Shown piece after piece: positions 19,626 through 30,420 of a stretch of DNA of 64,000 nt. The notes under the pieces are model-generated. The model saw only the letters and a list, made by a program, of their open reading frames with translations. It did not search any database and had not been told where the DNA came from. A program made the position numbers and the translations under genes. Positions within the stretch are counted from its first letter, which is position 1; the number at the start of each line of letters is the position of its first letter. The stretch lies in assembly GCA_963733095.1 (NCBI GenBank), contig CAVTBV010000008.1, forward strand, positions 1 through 64,000, read 5' to 3'. Source of the DNA: Candidatus Bathyarchaeota archaeon (GTDB taxonomy: Archaea; Thermoproteota; Bathyarchaeia; Bathyarchaeales; Bathycorpusculaceae).

Positions 19626-20543
19626 TTATTTCCTCACAAGTTTTAGATAGGTATCTTCTAAAGTTGAGCCCACCACATTAATTGATTTGACATGACCGCC
19701 CGCTAGCACTATAGACTCTATAACAGGCGAATTTTCCTTGTCTGGGTTTTCCACACTAAATGTTACTGTGTCGCCGTCGGTGACCAGGTTTTTGAGCGGC
19801 ATTTTTTTCAGTGCCCCCAAAACGGCATCGTTGATTTGCTGTTCTAATCCGATAACTGTCTTTTTGCCGCTAACGGACCTTTCAAGTTCCTGCGGAGTCC
19901 CGATTGCCCTAATACTTGTATTCATTATTGCTACCCTGTCGCAGATTCTTTGTGCCTCGTCGAGGTTGTGGGTGTTTAGAAAGATTGTCTTCTTCTCTTT
20001 TTTTAGTTGAAGAATGAAATCCCGGACTGTTTTCGAAGCCTCAGGATCTAGATTCGCAGTAGGCTCGTCCATGAAAAGTACTTGTGGGTCATGGATGAGG
20101 GCGCGGGCTATGGCGAGTTTTTGTTTCATGCCCTTGGAAAAGGTCCCAGCTAAAATGTTTCTCTTATCCCAAAGCCCCAACATATCGAGGAAACGTTGGA
20201 TATTTTCTTTCCTTTGAGCGGTAGAGCAATCGTATATTTTTCCGTAGAAATCGAGGTTATCGTAAGCGGTCAAATTTTCGGATAACCCCACATTATCAGG
20301 AACCAATCCGATGATTTTGCGTATCTTGAGTAAATCTTCCTTGTTGCCTATTTGGTATCCACCCACAGTAGCGTTTCCGCTGGTTTTTGAGATTAGGCAA
20401 CAAAGCATTCTGACCGTCGTAGTTTTTCCTGCGCCATTCGGGCCCAGAAAACCGAAAACTTCACCGTCGTCAACATGAAAAGTAAGATTGTCTACGGCTG
20501 TTAGATCCCCAAACTTTTTTGTAATGCCCTCAGAATCTATCAA
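19626..20543 (-). CDS. ABC exporter ATP-binding protein
   Basis: GPNGAGKTT, FSKGMKQK, FMDEPT. Confidence 0.95.
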   Translation of the reverse strand: MIDSEGITKKFGDLTAVDNLTFHVDDGEVFGFLGPNGAGKTTTVRMLCCLISKTSGNATVGGYQIGNKEDLLKIRKIIGLVPDNVGLSENLTAYDNLDFYGKIYDCSTAQRKENIQRFLDMLGLWDKRNILAGTFSKGMKQKLAIARALIHDPQVLFMDEPTANLDPEASKTVRDFILQLKKEKKTIFLNTHNLDEAQRICDRVAIMNTSIRAIGTPQELERSVSGKKTVIGLEQQINDAVLGALKKMPLKNLVTDGDTVTFSVENPDKENSPVIESIVLAGGHVKSINVVGSTLEDTYLKLVRK

Positions 20544-20695
20544 TGCGATTACCCTTTGGACTAAACGAAGCCCATTGCTTGTTAGTAAAAGGTTAGTGTT
20601 TTATAAATAACGTTCCACAGGTACAAAATTTGTACCAGGAAGATAAAAGCCAAAAGAGCCGTAGCACTCAGATATAGAAATTAAGGAGCTAAAGT

Positions 20696-21367
20696 ATGGT
20701 CGAAGAGGTTTCACCAGAGCAAATTAAGCGGGTCGCAGAAAAAGCCCTAGTTATAGAACGGTACATACTAGAGAGAGCTTGGGGACTCTGTTATGCTGCA
20801 GTCGCCGCTGAAATTGTCCTCATACCTTTTCTGCCCTTGATTGTCCTAATCCTCGGGCTTTCAGCTGGCTATTTTCTTGTTGTTGCGCTAGTGGTTAACA
20901 CAGCGGTGAGCATTGTGGGCGCTGCTATGATTGCTTGGATTTTGAAGAAGGCTTATAACTCCATGCTTGTACGCAGAGAAATTGTGGATTCAATATGGAC
21001 AAAATTGCTACGGCCTTCGTGGATAGCATTAGTTTGGACGACCTACTATTCGCTGATTCTTGCCGCAATTTTCTTGCTGGGCCACGAATTTTTGGTGTTT
21101 AGATTCGGACTTTTGGCCACAACAGTGTTTCCGTTATTCTTTGCTCTTAAAGGTTCGTTCCCTGAGCGGCTACCACGAGAAAGTATAGCCGTCATGTCGG
21201 CATTAACTATTTACACGTTAGGGGGTTTTGTTGTCTCTCTCCTAAAAGCCAATGCGGGCTTTTACCTTATTCTTTGGGTAATTTTTCTTGTCGTTCTTAT
21301 CATAGCTTCTGCACATGCACGCAGACGGAAACCGCCCATCTCTATGGAGGACCCCCAGAATTGGTAA
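20696..21367 (+). CDS. multi-TM membrane protein
   Basis: About six hydrophobic helices; divergent from the ABC operon. Confidence 0.7.
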   Translation: MVEEVSPEQIKRVAEKALVIERYILERAWGLCYAAVAAEIVLIPFLPLIVLILGLSAGYFLVVALVVNTAVSIVGAAMIAWILKKAYNSMLVRREIVDSIWTKLLRPSWIALVWTTYYSLILAAIFLLGHEFLVFRFGLLATTVFPLFFALKGSFPERLPRESIAVMSALTIYTLGGFVVSLLKANAGFYLILWVIFLVVLIIASAHARRRKPPISMEDPQNW

Positions 21368-21702
21368 AGGACCGACAACCCAACTTCAAATTGCCCAGCA
21401 CAGACATAATTAAATCATTAAACAAACAGCTAAACGACCCTACCTTCAAATCATCAACCAGAATACTGATTTTGATTCTGCTTGCCATGAACAAGAAGTT
21501 GACTTCTGTGGAGTTGCGTTCTTTCGTGGGGTTGGGAAAGGGTAGTTTGGAGAATCACTTGGTGAAGATGGAAGCTTCTGGTCTGATTGGAGTCCGCTCT
21601 ATTAGGTCGTGGGGCGGCGTGCATCAGGTTGTGGAGATAACTGAGAAGGGACTGGAAGATTGCAGATCATTGCTTAAAAAGATTCATAGCCTAGATGTTT
21701 AA
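21361..21702 (+). CDS. wHTH transcriptional regulator (ArsR/MarR-like); start placed at TTG 21361
   Basis: RILILILL...KGSLENHL.KME.SG.I....ITEKG; SD-like ggagga upstream. Confidence 0.75.
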   Translation: MVKDRQPNFKLPSTDIIKSLNKQLNDPTFKSSTRILILILLAMNKKLTSVELRSFVGLGKGSLENHLVKMEASGLIGVRSIRSWGGVHQVVEITEKGLEDCRSLLKKIHSLDV

Positions 21703-21881
21703 TGGATTCTTAGGAAGATGACTATTAGTCCAATTGAAAAATTAATCTTAGCTTCATAAGAACCGATTTGAAGTCATGCAAAACGCAGCCTACTCGATAT
21801 AACTCTGAGCTTATCGCAAAAAGCTACAAACCTGATGGTTATTTCAGTGGCGACGCATATAATCAGCTATGGTAATGGAAA

Positions 21882-22379
21882 CTAAAGGGCTTTGATCTCT
21901 TCCTGTTTGCCCCATATTTCCATAGCAAAACGTGTTAGTGCCCAATGCCAACCACGTTTCTCGGCGAGGCGTTCTCCAAACTCTTTTTCTAATCGTTTAT
22001 TCATTCTCAGGATTCTTCTGCTGATCTGATGACGAGTAACTTTGAATCGGTCAAGCCGTGCTTGCAAGTCTTTTGGTAACAAACCCAGATTGCCCACTTC
22101 AAAGAGTAATTGCAGAATTTCTCGGTCAACCTCATCAACACAAGCAATACGTTCCATAAGTGATTGCTCAAAATTGAAAGAGCCCTTCAACCCTGCAAAG
22201 ATAGTGCGTAGCATAAGCTTGACCTCTTCAACCTCAGCCAATGTCTGCTTGAGCAGCTGCTGATTATATTTCAAGCGGCCTATCTTATCACTTTGGCTGC
22301 GCTTTTTTTTCTGGTTTTGAACAGGGTTTTCCGTTTCTTCCATATCAGAATGCACACTCCAAGAATTCTTCTCCATCAA
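21882..22379 (-). CDS. hypothetical wHTH-like protein of an integrative element
   Basis: Coiled coil then DEVDREILQLL...LLPKDL...RHQISRRI...GWHW. Confidence 0.6.
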   Translation of the reverse strand: MMEKNSWSVHSDMEETENPVQNQKKKRSQSDKIGRLKYNQQLLKQTLAEVEEVKLMLRTIFAGLKGSFNFEQSLMERIACVDEVDREILQLLFEVGNLGLLPKDLQARLDRFKVTRHQISRRILRMNKRLEKEFGERLAEKRGWHWALTRFAMEIWGKQEEIKAL

Positions 22380-22546
22380 CGCATGGCAAAATTAACAGTG
22401 GGTAATCAGGACTAACCAACCGCAGAAAAGTGACTTGTGAAAAGCATGGACTTTTCCCATACCTAAGGATATGTTCCAAAATACCCTTTGAACATGTTTT
22501 TACTGCCTTTACTGTTATTCTAAACTCAGGATTTTCTGCAACTATG

Positions 22547-23542
22547 CTAAGACACGTAGCCGTTTCCTCCCTCAACTGAACCTTTAGCGATGTCTTGGGT
22601 GGCCTCAGAAACCACATGTTTACCCAAAATATCAGCAACTCTTCCCAAGTCACAACCCATCTTCTCCAGCTGGGCAAGGCTACCTGAAATCTTCTCTAAA
22701 TCGCAAAGAACATTGTCGAATTGACCTTCAAGTTTCTTTATACGTTCAGGCATTAGCAAATATTCAACTGCAGCGTCACGGCCAAGGTGATCGAGCTCGC
22801 CTTCGTCTTCTCCGGGACTGTCATCAATTACCCGTTTGGGAGTGCTTACTGTGAAGTAGCGGTTGAGAAGATTAGCGACAGGATCATCAACGCCTAACTC
22901 GTGGCGTTTGTTAATTTTGCCATCGCCTAAAACGCAGCCATACTTGCTCATCAAACCTTTAGCGACTCGGTCAGCCAAGGTTTTAGCAGTTGTCACTAAC
23001 TCTCCGGGACTGCGACCATACAACGTTTCCACGTGAATAATCCAAGACGTCGTCGTATGCCTAACCTTAACACCCTGCTCTAACCCCAAAAGAGCCGTCC
23101 AATTCTGCATCTCAATTCGCTTGAAATCGCCAGATGGATAAACTCCCTCACGCAGAACTGGGAACTTGAAAAAACATCGATGAAGACGAAAAACCCCGCT
23201 GCTAAATAGTACGCCCTCACATGATATGAGAAAGTTTTGACCTCGCTCTGTCAGCTCGTAATCTACAAAGTTGCTCCGCTTTAGCCTTCGAATTAAGCCT
23301 GCCTTTTCCAGCTTCTTTACGTAGTAATCGACGTGTTGTTTGCTCCACCCACGGACGCGACCTATCTTGGCAGGATACATTCCGCTCTCGATACCCTTGA
23401 GAATTGGGATGACTCGGGTGCGAACAGTACAGAAGTCAAATTTGACTTTGGACTTTGGAAGCGAAATATTTTGACTTCTATCAACAGCTTGCTTATCCAA
23501 AAAAATTAGTCCCCTTTCGCTTTCAAAGAAATGCTTTCGCAT
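22547..23542 (-). CDS. MarR-like wHTH protein with uncharacterised C-terminal domain
   Basis: N-terminal PAKIGRVRGWSKQHVDYYVKKLEKAGLIRR...YELTERG; C-terminal acidic DDSPGEDEGELD and coiled coil. Confidence 0.7.
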   Translation of the reverse strand: MRKHFFESERGLIFLDKQAVDRSQNISLPKSKVKFDFCTVRTRVIPILKGIESGMYPAKIGRVRGWSKQHVDYYVKKLEKAGLIRRLKRSNFVDYELTERGQNFLISCEGVLFSSGVFRLHRCFFKFPVLREGVYPSGDFKRIEMQNWTALLGLEQGVKVRHTTTSWIIHVETLYGRSPGELVTTAKTLADRVAKGLMSKYGCVLGDGKINKRHELGVDDPVANLLNRYFTVSTPKRVIDDSPGEDEGELDHLGRDAAVEYLLMPERIKKLEGQFDNVLCDLEKISGSLAQLEKMGCDLGRVADILGKHVVSEATQDIAKGSVEGGNGYVS

Positions 23543-23881
23543 GCAACCGAAGATGCCAGAAGATTAATTCGTGCCTTGCCTTGATGGTTTGGCTCAATAC
23601 ATCGACCACACCAAAAGGAACAATCTAAACAATGGAGCTCAAAATGAAGTGTTGCCATTGCCGTCTACTCCGGTAAGTACTTCACCAAAACGGGTGAGTT
23701 GTTCTCTATGCCACGAAAGACCTTCATGCAATTATACGAGTTAACTTCAACCGTGCCAACATGCAACTGCCCACGGTAGATGAAAACGTAAAGCTGTCCG
23801 TCGTTTCCTCGGCGATAGACAACGTTTAAGGATTGGTCTATCACCCGGACGCCTCCTTGAGAAAGAAAAAAAGAAGTGGAA

Positions 23882-24169
23882 CTAAACTGGTATATAATTT
23901 TTTTCGGAAAATCGGTGCCCACAGTTGGAACAAAGCCAGCGTTGAATTTTGATGGTCTCGTCGAACGGCAAGTATCTGCTGCCGTCTCTCCACAATCTTT
24001 GGTAACCACATTTGGGACATTTCAGTCCATCTTTGGGTGGAACGTAAGGTCCAGTGTAGTGACATGCGCAGTTTTTGCAAACATAACCTGTGGCATTCTT
24101 GTTTTCTGTTCCGTATTTCCAGGCACTTTGACAGCCGCATTCCGGGCATTTCGGTATTTCTAAGCTCAT
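23882..24169 (-). CDS. double zinc-ribbon protein
   Basis: CPEC..CKNC and CPKC...QRWLCSNC; resembles IS1 InsA-type ribbons. Confidence 0.65.
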   Translation of the reverse strand: MSLEIPKCPECGCQSAWKYGTENKNATGYVCKNCACHYTGPYVPPKDGLKCPKCGYQRLWRDGSRYLPFDETIKIQRWLCSNCGHRFSEKNYIPV

Positions 24170-24278
24170 CTTCTTTATTTCCTGCCAAACTTACGACGAA
24201 TTGGAGATCCCCAAAAAAGAAAAAAGGGAAAGTTGCCGCAAAGAAACGATTTTGTGGAGTTTTCTCCAATAGTGGGGA

Positions 24279-24368
24279 GGAACAAATCCCAGCGGCCTCA
24301 CCAATGCTCACGTTAAAAAGTACTGGTACATTTTAACGTGTGCACAATTGAAACCCAGCGGCCCCACC
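24279..24368 (+). repeat. two degenerate tRNA 3'-end copies (att-like)
   Basis: ggaacaaatcccagcggcctcacca (24279-24303) and ttgaaacccagcggccccacc (24348-24368) read as T-loop + T-stem + acceptor strand + A-CCA. Confidence 0.6.
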
Positions 24369-24455
24369 TTAGAAACTTTTGTTTAGATACATACTCGAAT
24401 TCTTTATTTAATTAAGAAAAAAGCTTTTAGTATTAACAGTATAAGGATAACGGCA

Positions 24456-26807
24456 TTGAGGAACTTGGATTCTTTGCCTGAAAGTAAAGAAAATAATCCT
24501 ACAAGCATTAAAAACAACATAACAAAGCTAGAACTTGACCTGTTTTTCAACTACTCTTTGGATTTACTAGTTCTTGTCGGATTTGACAACTGCTTCAAGC
24601 AAGTTAGTCCCTCCTTCGAGAGAATTTTAGGTTGGAAAAAAGAAGAGGTAATCTCAAAGCCTTTTTATGAATTTCTTCATCCCGATGACTATGAGAGAAC
24701 TTTGGTTGAAGTTAGAGCTCACGAAACAGGCAAAAACTCAATTCTCTTCGTAAACAGATACAGATGCAAAGACGGATCATACAAATGGATATCATGGAAC
24801 TCCCATCCATTACCAGAAAAACAAATAATCGTCGGCATCGGACGAGACATAACCGACCGCAAGAAAGTTGAGGAAGCGTTAACGGAAAGCGAGGAGCGCT
24901 TCTTCAAAGCATTTAATTTAAGCCCATTTGCAGTGATCATGACTCGTCTTAGTGATGGAACCTACGTCGATGTAAATGATACTTTCCTGAAAATGTTTGA
25001 GTTTTCGCGAAGTGAAGTGATAGGACATACTGCAATGGAAATTGGAATTTATGCAAAACCCAATGGAAGAGCAGACTACATAGTTGCTTTTAAAAATGGG
25101 CGTGTGACCGATTTTGAAGTAGATTTGAAGACAAAAACGGGTAAACCGCTAAAGGCATTGGGTTACGCAGAAATAATTAACATTAACAGTCAAGACCTCA
25201 CCATTGGCACACTTATTGATATTACTGAACGCAAGAAAGCAGAGGAAGAATTAAACCAGAGCCTGCAAACGTTTCGTGAACTGATTGAGCGTGCGCCTTT
25301 TGGTATTTATGTTCTCAATTCTGAGTTCCGTATAGCACATATGAACAAAGGTTCACAGAATGGAGCCTTCCGCAATGTGCGACCGCTAATCGGACGTAAC
25401 TTTTCCGAGGCTATGCATATTCTCTGGCCTGAGCCAACCGCATCAGAAATTATCTCCCATTTCCGTCATACTCTCGAAACAGGTGAACCATACTATTCGC
25501 CTCAATTTATTAGTCCACGTCATGATGTTGAAATCGTTGAATCTTACGAGTGGGAGCTCCAACGCATTCGGCTTCCAGATGGGCAGTACGGTGTCATTTG
25601 CTATTACTTCGATTCCACAAAATTGCGAGAGACAGAAAGAGTACTCTACGAAGCACAGCTTAAACTAAAGGAGTACTCAGCAAATCTTGAACGGCTTGTT
25701 GAGGAGCGAACTAAAAAACTTGAACCTAGCTTGTTGTATGCTAGAACTCTTATTGAAGCAAGTCTTGACCCTCTGGTGACAATTAGCGCTGAAGGCAAAA
25801 TTACCGACGTTAACGTAGCCACTGAACAAGTCACAGGAACTTCGAGAGAAGAATTGATTGGCAACGACTTCTCGGATTACTTTACGGAACCTGAAAAAGC
25901 TAAGATAGGGTACAGGAGAGTTTTCTCTGAAGGATTCATAACAGATTATCCTTTGGCGATCAAGCATAAGTCTGGAAAAGTCACTGAAGTGCTGTATAAT
26001 GCTACCGTTTATAGAAATGACGCCGGAGAAATACAGGGTGTTTTTGCAGCTGCAAGAGACGTCACCGAATTAAAGAAGGCTGAAGCGCAAGCTCAGGATG
26101 CAGCAAAGAAACTAAAAGATTCAGAGCGGTTAGCCGCTATCGGTGCCACTTTGGGTATGGTTGGGCATGACATTCGCAATCCGCTACAGGCTATAACGGG
26201 TGATCTTTTCTTAGCTAAATCCGAGCTATCTGAGCTCCCAGAAAACGAGAATAAAACTAGCGCACTCGAAAGCCTAGACGAAATCCAAAACAACATAGAT
26301 TACATCAATAAGATTGTAGCCGACCTTCTAGACTATGCTAGGCCTCTTAATCCGCGAGCACAAGAAACAGACGTAGAATCAGTCTTCAATGACGTAATAG
26401 GCAAAAACGGTATTCCTAAAAACATCAAGGTTTCTGTTGACATAGAGAATAAAGCAAAAACAATCAAGACTGACCCTGACTATCTTAAGCGCATAGCTGC
26501 CAATTTAACTTTGAATGCAGTTCAAGCTATGCCCGATGGCGGTGAACTTATAATTCGTGCATTTGCCGATAATAAGACTAATGATGTTTTAATTACTGTT
26601 AAGGACACTGGAGTTGGCATCCCTGAAGACATCAAGCCTAAGCTATTTACGCCTATGATGACAACAAAATCTAAAGGTCAAGGTTTCGGATTAGCAGTGA
26701 TTAAACGCATGACTGAAGGTTTAGGGGGAACAGTAACTTTTGAAAGCCAAGAAGGGAAGGGCACAACTTTTACGGTATGTTTGCCCCCCCCAAGAGCTAA
26801 ACGGTAA
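24456..26807 (+). CDS. multi-PAS sensor histidine kinase
   Basis: Four PAS-like repeats, GHDIRNPL, NAVQAM, DTGVG, GQGFGL. Confidence 0.95.
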   Translation: MRNLDSLPESKENNPTSIKNNITKLELDLFFNYSLDLLVLVGFDNCFKQVSPSFERILGWKKEEVISKPFYEFLHPDDYERTLVEVRAHETGKNSILFVNRYRCKDGSYKWISWNSHPLPEKQIIVGIGRDITDRKKVEEALTESEERFFKAFNLSPFAVIMTRLSDGTYVDVNDTFLKMFEFSRSEVIGHTAMEIGIYAKPNGRADYIVAFKNGRVTDFEVDLKTKTGKPLKALGYAEIININSQDLTIGTLIDITERKKAEEELNQSLQTFRELIERAPFGIYVLNSEFRIAHMNKGSQNGAFRNVRPLIGRNFSEAMHILWPEPTASEIISHFRHTLETGEPYYSPQFISPRHDVEIVESYEWELQRIRLPDGQYGVICYYFDSTKLRETERVLYEAQLKLKEYSANLERLVEERTKKLEPSLLYARTLIEASLDPLVTISAEGKITDVNVATEQVTGTSREELIGNDFSDYFTEPEKAKIGYRRVFSEGFITDYPLAIKHKSGKVTEVLYNATVYRNDAGEIQGVFAAARDVTELKKAEAQAQDAAKKLKDSERLAAIGATLGMVGHDIRNPLQAITGDLFLAKSELSELPENENKTSALESLDEIQNNIDYINKIVADLLDYARPLNPRAQETDVESVFNDVIGKNGIPKNIKVSVDIENKAKTIKTDPDYLKRIAANLTLNAVQAMPDGGELIIRAFADNKTNDVLITVKDTGVGIPEDIKPKLFTPMMTTKSKGQGFGLAVIKRMTEGLGGTVTFESQEGKGTTFTVCLPPPRAKR

Positions 26808-26939
26808 ATGGAAGTACAAGTAAACATACTTAACTGCGCTCGATATTTGGGCGAGCGATAGCTCAAAAGCTGTTCTGTTCGCCCCTTCACCCAAAAGCGG
26901 GGACTGCGTTTTTCTTCGTCTAAATCAATGTGTGGTGGA

Positions 26940-27001
26940 TGGTTCCGAACACATTTGGGTTCAAGACCCCGCGACCCCACCAACCTTTGGGTTCGGAACC
27001 A
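26940..27001 (+). repeat. tRNA 3'-end remnant enclosed by an 11-bp perfect inverted repeat
   Basis: tggttccgaac ... gggttcaagaccccgcgaccccacca (26957-26982) ... gttcggaacca. Confidence 0.65.
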
Positions 27002-27434
27002 CCGCTAATTTTACTAGAACATATAGCCTAACTGTATTTCATTTAGCGCCTCGCAAAATACGCTTATTTGCTTGAAGATGAAGACGCCAGACGATGGTAT
27101 GAGAATACAGCACGGGGTTAATTAGTATCCGCTGATTTATGTTTACGTAGACTCGACAGTTTCTGTGAACAATTAAAACTTAGTCCAAATTTAGACTTGC
27201 ATGAAGAGCAAGCACCGCTCGTTGCACAAGCGATAAGAAAATGGCTTTTATCAGCTGGTGGACTTTTAGAAATACTTGGCCTTTAGTTCAATAGCTTTTT
27301 AAGATAAATGGATGTGCACTAGAAGAACGCTGTATAGAGCATAAAAGGGCTTTTCTGAGTACCACCCATAGCGTCTTTTCACTGGTAAATTGGTGCCAGG
27401 ATCCCCCACCGACTAGGAACAGCTTAAGAGAAAG

Positions 27435-27462
27435 GACTTAGCCCCCAGTTCGGGGGTAAGTC
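27435..27462. terminator. GC-rich hairpin downstream of pirin
   Basis: gactta-g-ccccc agttc ggggg-taagtc. Confidence 0.35.
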
Positions 27463-27512
27463 TGGTCTGACTTCAATTGGAAATTCTGGGAGACAAATGC
27501 CCCTAACTTTTG

Positions 27513-28367
27513 TCAAGTTAATTTTGTGGGTTTGTGGCTCTTGATGAATGTTCCCTCGTCGAGTTCTTCGAACGCTTTGTCCAATTCTTCTTGTGTGTTC
27601 ATCACAATCGGTCCTCTCCACGCAACTGGCTCGTTTAATGGTTCACTTGCCACAAAAAGAAATCGAGCACCGTTTAAGCTTGATATTCTAACCAAATCGC
27701 CTCGACTGAAAACCGCGCATTGTCCGCTTTCAATTTTCTGATCATGAACTTCGACAGATCCGTTTATGATGTAACTAAAAACCGTAAGATTTTTGTGCGT
27801 TAAGTGCTGAAATTCTTTTCCAACAGCTAATTCAACGTCAAAATATTGTGTTTCAGTAGATAGGTCTCGAACTGGTCCCTCAATTCCCTCTATTTTACCC
27901 GCTATGACTTTAATTGTTTGACCCCCTTTCTCGAGTGTAGGTATTTGGTCTTTTGTTATCCCTCGATACTTTGGGTCAATCATCTTCTTTTTAGCCGGCA
28001 GATTCACCCAGAGCTGAAATCCCTGCATTAAGCCCTCGTATTTTTGGGGCATTTCTTGATGGATAATGCCTGACCCGGCAGTCATCCACTGCACGTCGCC
28101 AGATTTGATTACGCCTTTATTGCCCATACTATCGCCATGTTCAACTTCGCCTGTCCACATGTATGTGACAGTTTCCATTCCTCTATGTGGATGCCAAGGA
28201 AAACCTTTGATGTAGTCTTTAGGGTTTTCCGAGCCAAAATGATCTAGGAGCAGAAACGGATCAAGCGTGGAGTCATCATCATTGCCCAAAACGCGTCTTA
28301 GTTTCACTCCCGCGCCTTCAAGAGTTAATCTTCGTTCCAAAATTTTTTCGACTTTTCTTTCCAACAA
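27513..28367 (-). CDS. pirin family protein
   Basis: DPFLLLDHF, FPWHPHRGMETVTY, QWMTAGSGIIHQE, FQLWVNLP. Confidence 0.95.
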   Translation of the reverse strand: MLERKVEKILERRLTLEGAGVKLRRVLGNDDDSTLDPFLLLDHFGSENPKDYIKGFPWHPHRGMETVTYMWTGEVEHGDSMGNKGVIKSGDVQWMTAGSGIIHQEMPQKYEGLMQGFQLWVNLPAKKKMIDPKYRGITKDQIPTLEKGGQTIKVIAGKIEGIEGPVRDLSTETQYFDVELAVGKEFQHLTHKNLTVFSYIINGSVEVHDQKIESGQCAVFSRGDLVRISSLNGARFLFVASEPLNEPVAWRGPIVMNTQEELDKAFEELDEGTFIKSHKPTKLT

Positions 28368-29046
28368 AAACCGCTCCCATAAAATACTACTGCTAAGCAG
28401 TAAATAACGATTCTCAAAAACATTTTAAAAAAGGCTCAAAAAAGGAAAAGTGGGTGCGTAGAAAGAAGAGTGCCAATTGTTTTCGTAAACATCGCCAATG
28501 AGTCTAGGTCAAAATCCCAGCGGCCATTAAGGATTCAATATTCGAAAACAGGACATGCTTTTGCAAATGAGTTTACGGGTCAAATATCTCAAATACTGAG
28601 TGCCAAGGATGTGAGATAGAATCACAGGATTTAGAGATTATTTCAAGCACTATCTGGTCTAAATTAGTCAAGCAAGGAAAAGTACTATCACAATACTAAG
28701 CTTGCGCTTTTTTACTAATAGACTCCTAATCCGATGGGTTTAACATGCGCAAATTTCCGACCAACTAACAAGAATGAAGTTGTTGGAGGATCCAGTTCAG
28801 GCTGTTCATTTAGCACAGGTTAATCTGATCTTAATTCTAATGGCTTCAAACCCAAAGCAAAACAAGGCTCTATGGATTTGAACCTAAATTCGATTTCTTT
28901 GGCACTTGAGCTGAAAAAGTTCAATGTTTTTAACTGGTTCCTCCTCATACTCAAACGGGTTCAAAACATTAAACTCAGACCGTGATGAGACTGGGATTTG
29001 TTAAACAAAAATTGTTTTTTCTTGACTATTTTTAATATAGCTTTAA

Positions 29047-30420
29047 TTGGTTTGGATTAGATTCAGTGTTATGCTTCGTTTGTGGTTTGATAGAGGCACA
29101 CTGCTTTTAAAGGGCGAAGTGGGAACGCCTTACGGAAAATGGGATCCAAGAGTAGACTGCTACAGAATTAAGTCATACCATTACAGAGACGTTTTGGAGT
29201 ATTTGGCAGAAAGCAGACTTCAGCTACAAGATGATGTTCCAATGCTTCCACCACTTGAGCAGCTCAAATGTAGCGTTGAGCTTAGAGATTACCAAAATGA
29301 GGCTTTAGGCAAATGGTACCAAACATGCAATCGAGGAGTTCTGGTATTGCCTACGGCAGCCGGAAAAACATACATCGCACTAAAAGCAATTGAACACTTG
29401 AAAGTGCAGACATTGATTGTGGTTCCAACATTGGATCTAATTGATCAGTGGAGAAAACGTGTTAAAGACTGCCTTAACTTGGAAGCGGGTGTTGTCGGAG
29501 GGGGCGAAAATACTCTGCGAATGGTAACTGTTGCAACTTATGATTCAGCCTACATACACGCGGAACAGCTTGGCAACAAGTTCACACTACTAGTTTTTGA
29601 TGAGGTACATCATTTAGCTGCCCCAGGTTATATGCAAATAGCTGAAATGTACACTGCACCATACCGTATGGGCTTAACGGCCACATACGAAAGAAGTGAT
29701 ATGAGGCACTCTTTGCTTTCTCAACTCATTGGAGACCAAGTTTTTTCTGTTGATGTGGAAAAAATTGCAGGAGAACACCTCTCACCCTACACTTATGAGA
29801 AAATATCAGTTGAACTAACACCTCAAGAACAGAAAACCTACGACGCCCAGATGGAGATTTATAGAAGTTTTCTTCGACAGCGAAGAATCACCCTGAAGAG
29901 TCCGGCGGACTTCCAAAAATTCATAATGAGTACTGGAAGAGACCCTAAAGCCCGTGAAGCGCTACTTGCGAGAAACAAAGCCATACGAGTTGCAGTCAAC
30001 TCAGAGGCAAAACTAGACGTACTAGCCCTTCAGCTCGACACTTACAAAGATGAGAGAATATTGATTTTCACCCTATACAACGACCTAGTTTACACTATTA
30101 GTCAGCGCTTCTTAATTCCAGCGATAACACATCAGACTCCAAGGGAAGAACGGCGAGAAATACTATCAAACTTTGGGAACGGCAAATACCCTGTGGTTGT
30201 TACTTCTCAGGTCTTGGACGAGGGTGTAGATGTGCCCGATGCCTCAGTAGGTTTAGTTTTGGGTGGAACAGGCAGCAACAGAGAATATATTCAAAGACTC
30301 GGACGACTGCTCAGAAAGAAAGAAGGCAAAATGGCTCGACTAATAGAATTAATCTCCAAAGAAACTATGGAAGTGGGGACAAGCCGAAGACGTCACCAAA
30401 AAATTGGAGGAGCCGCGTAG
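29047..30420 (+). CDS. xpb: XPB/Rad25-like SF2 helicase (likely start ATG 29071)
   Basis: LRDYQ, PTAAGKT, DEVHH, GLTAT, QRLGRLLR. Confidence 0.9.
   Translation: MVWIRFSVMLRLWFDRGTLLLKGEVGTPYGKWDPRVDCYRIKSYHYRDVLEYLAESRLQLQDDVPMLPPLEQLKCSVELRDYQNEALGKWYQTCNRGVLVLPTAAGKTYIALKAIEHLKVQTLIVVPTLDLIDQWRKRVKDCLNLEAGVVGGGENTLRMVTVATYDSAYIHAEQLGNKFTLLVFDEVHHLAAPGYMQIAEMYTAPYRMGLTATYERSDMRHSLLSQLIGDQVFSVDVEKIAGEHLSPYTYEKISVELTPQEQKTYDAQMEIYRSFLRQRRITLKSPADFQKFIMSTGRDPKAREALLARNKAIRVAVNSEAKLDVLALQLDTYKDERILIFTLYNDLVYTISQRFLIPAITHQTPREERREILSNFGNGKYPVVVTSQVLDEGVDVPDASVGLVLGGTGSNREYIQRLGRLLRKKEGKMARLIELISKETMEVGTSRRRHQKIGGAA

Noticed and set aside
24279-28525. Functional tRNA genes
   Set aside because: Only T-arm and acceptor 3' fragments are present; no D-arm, anticodon arm or 5' acceptor strand could be folded.
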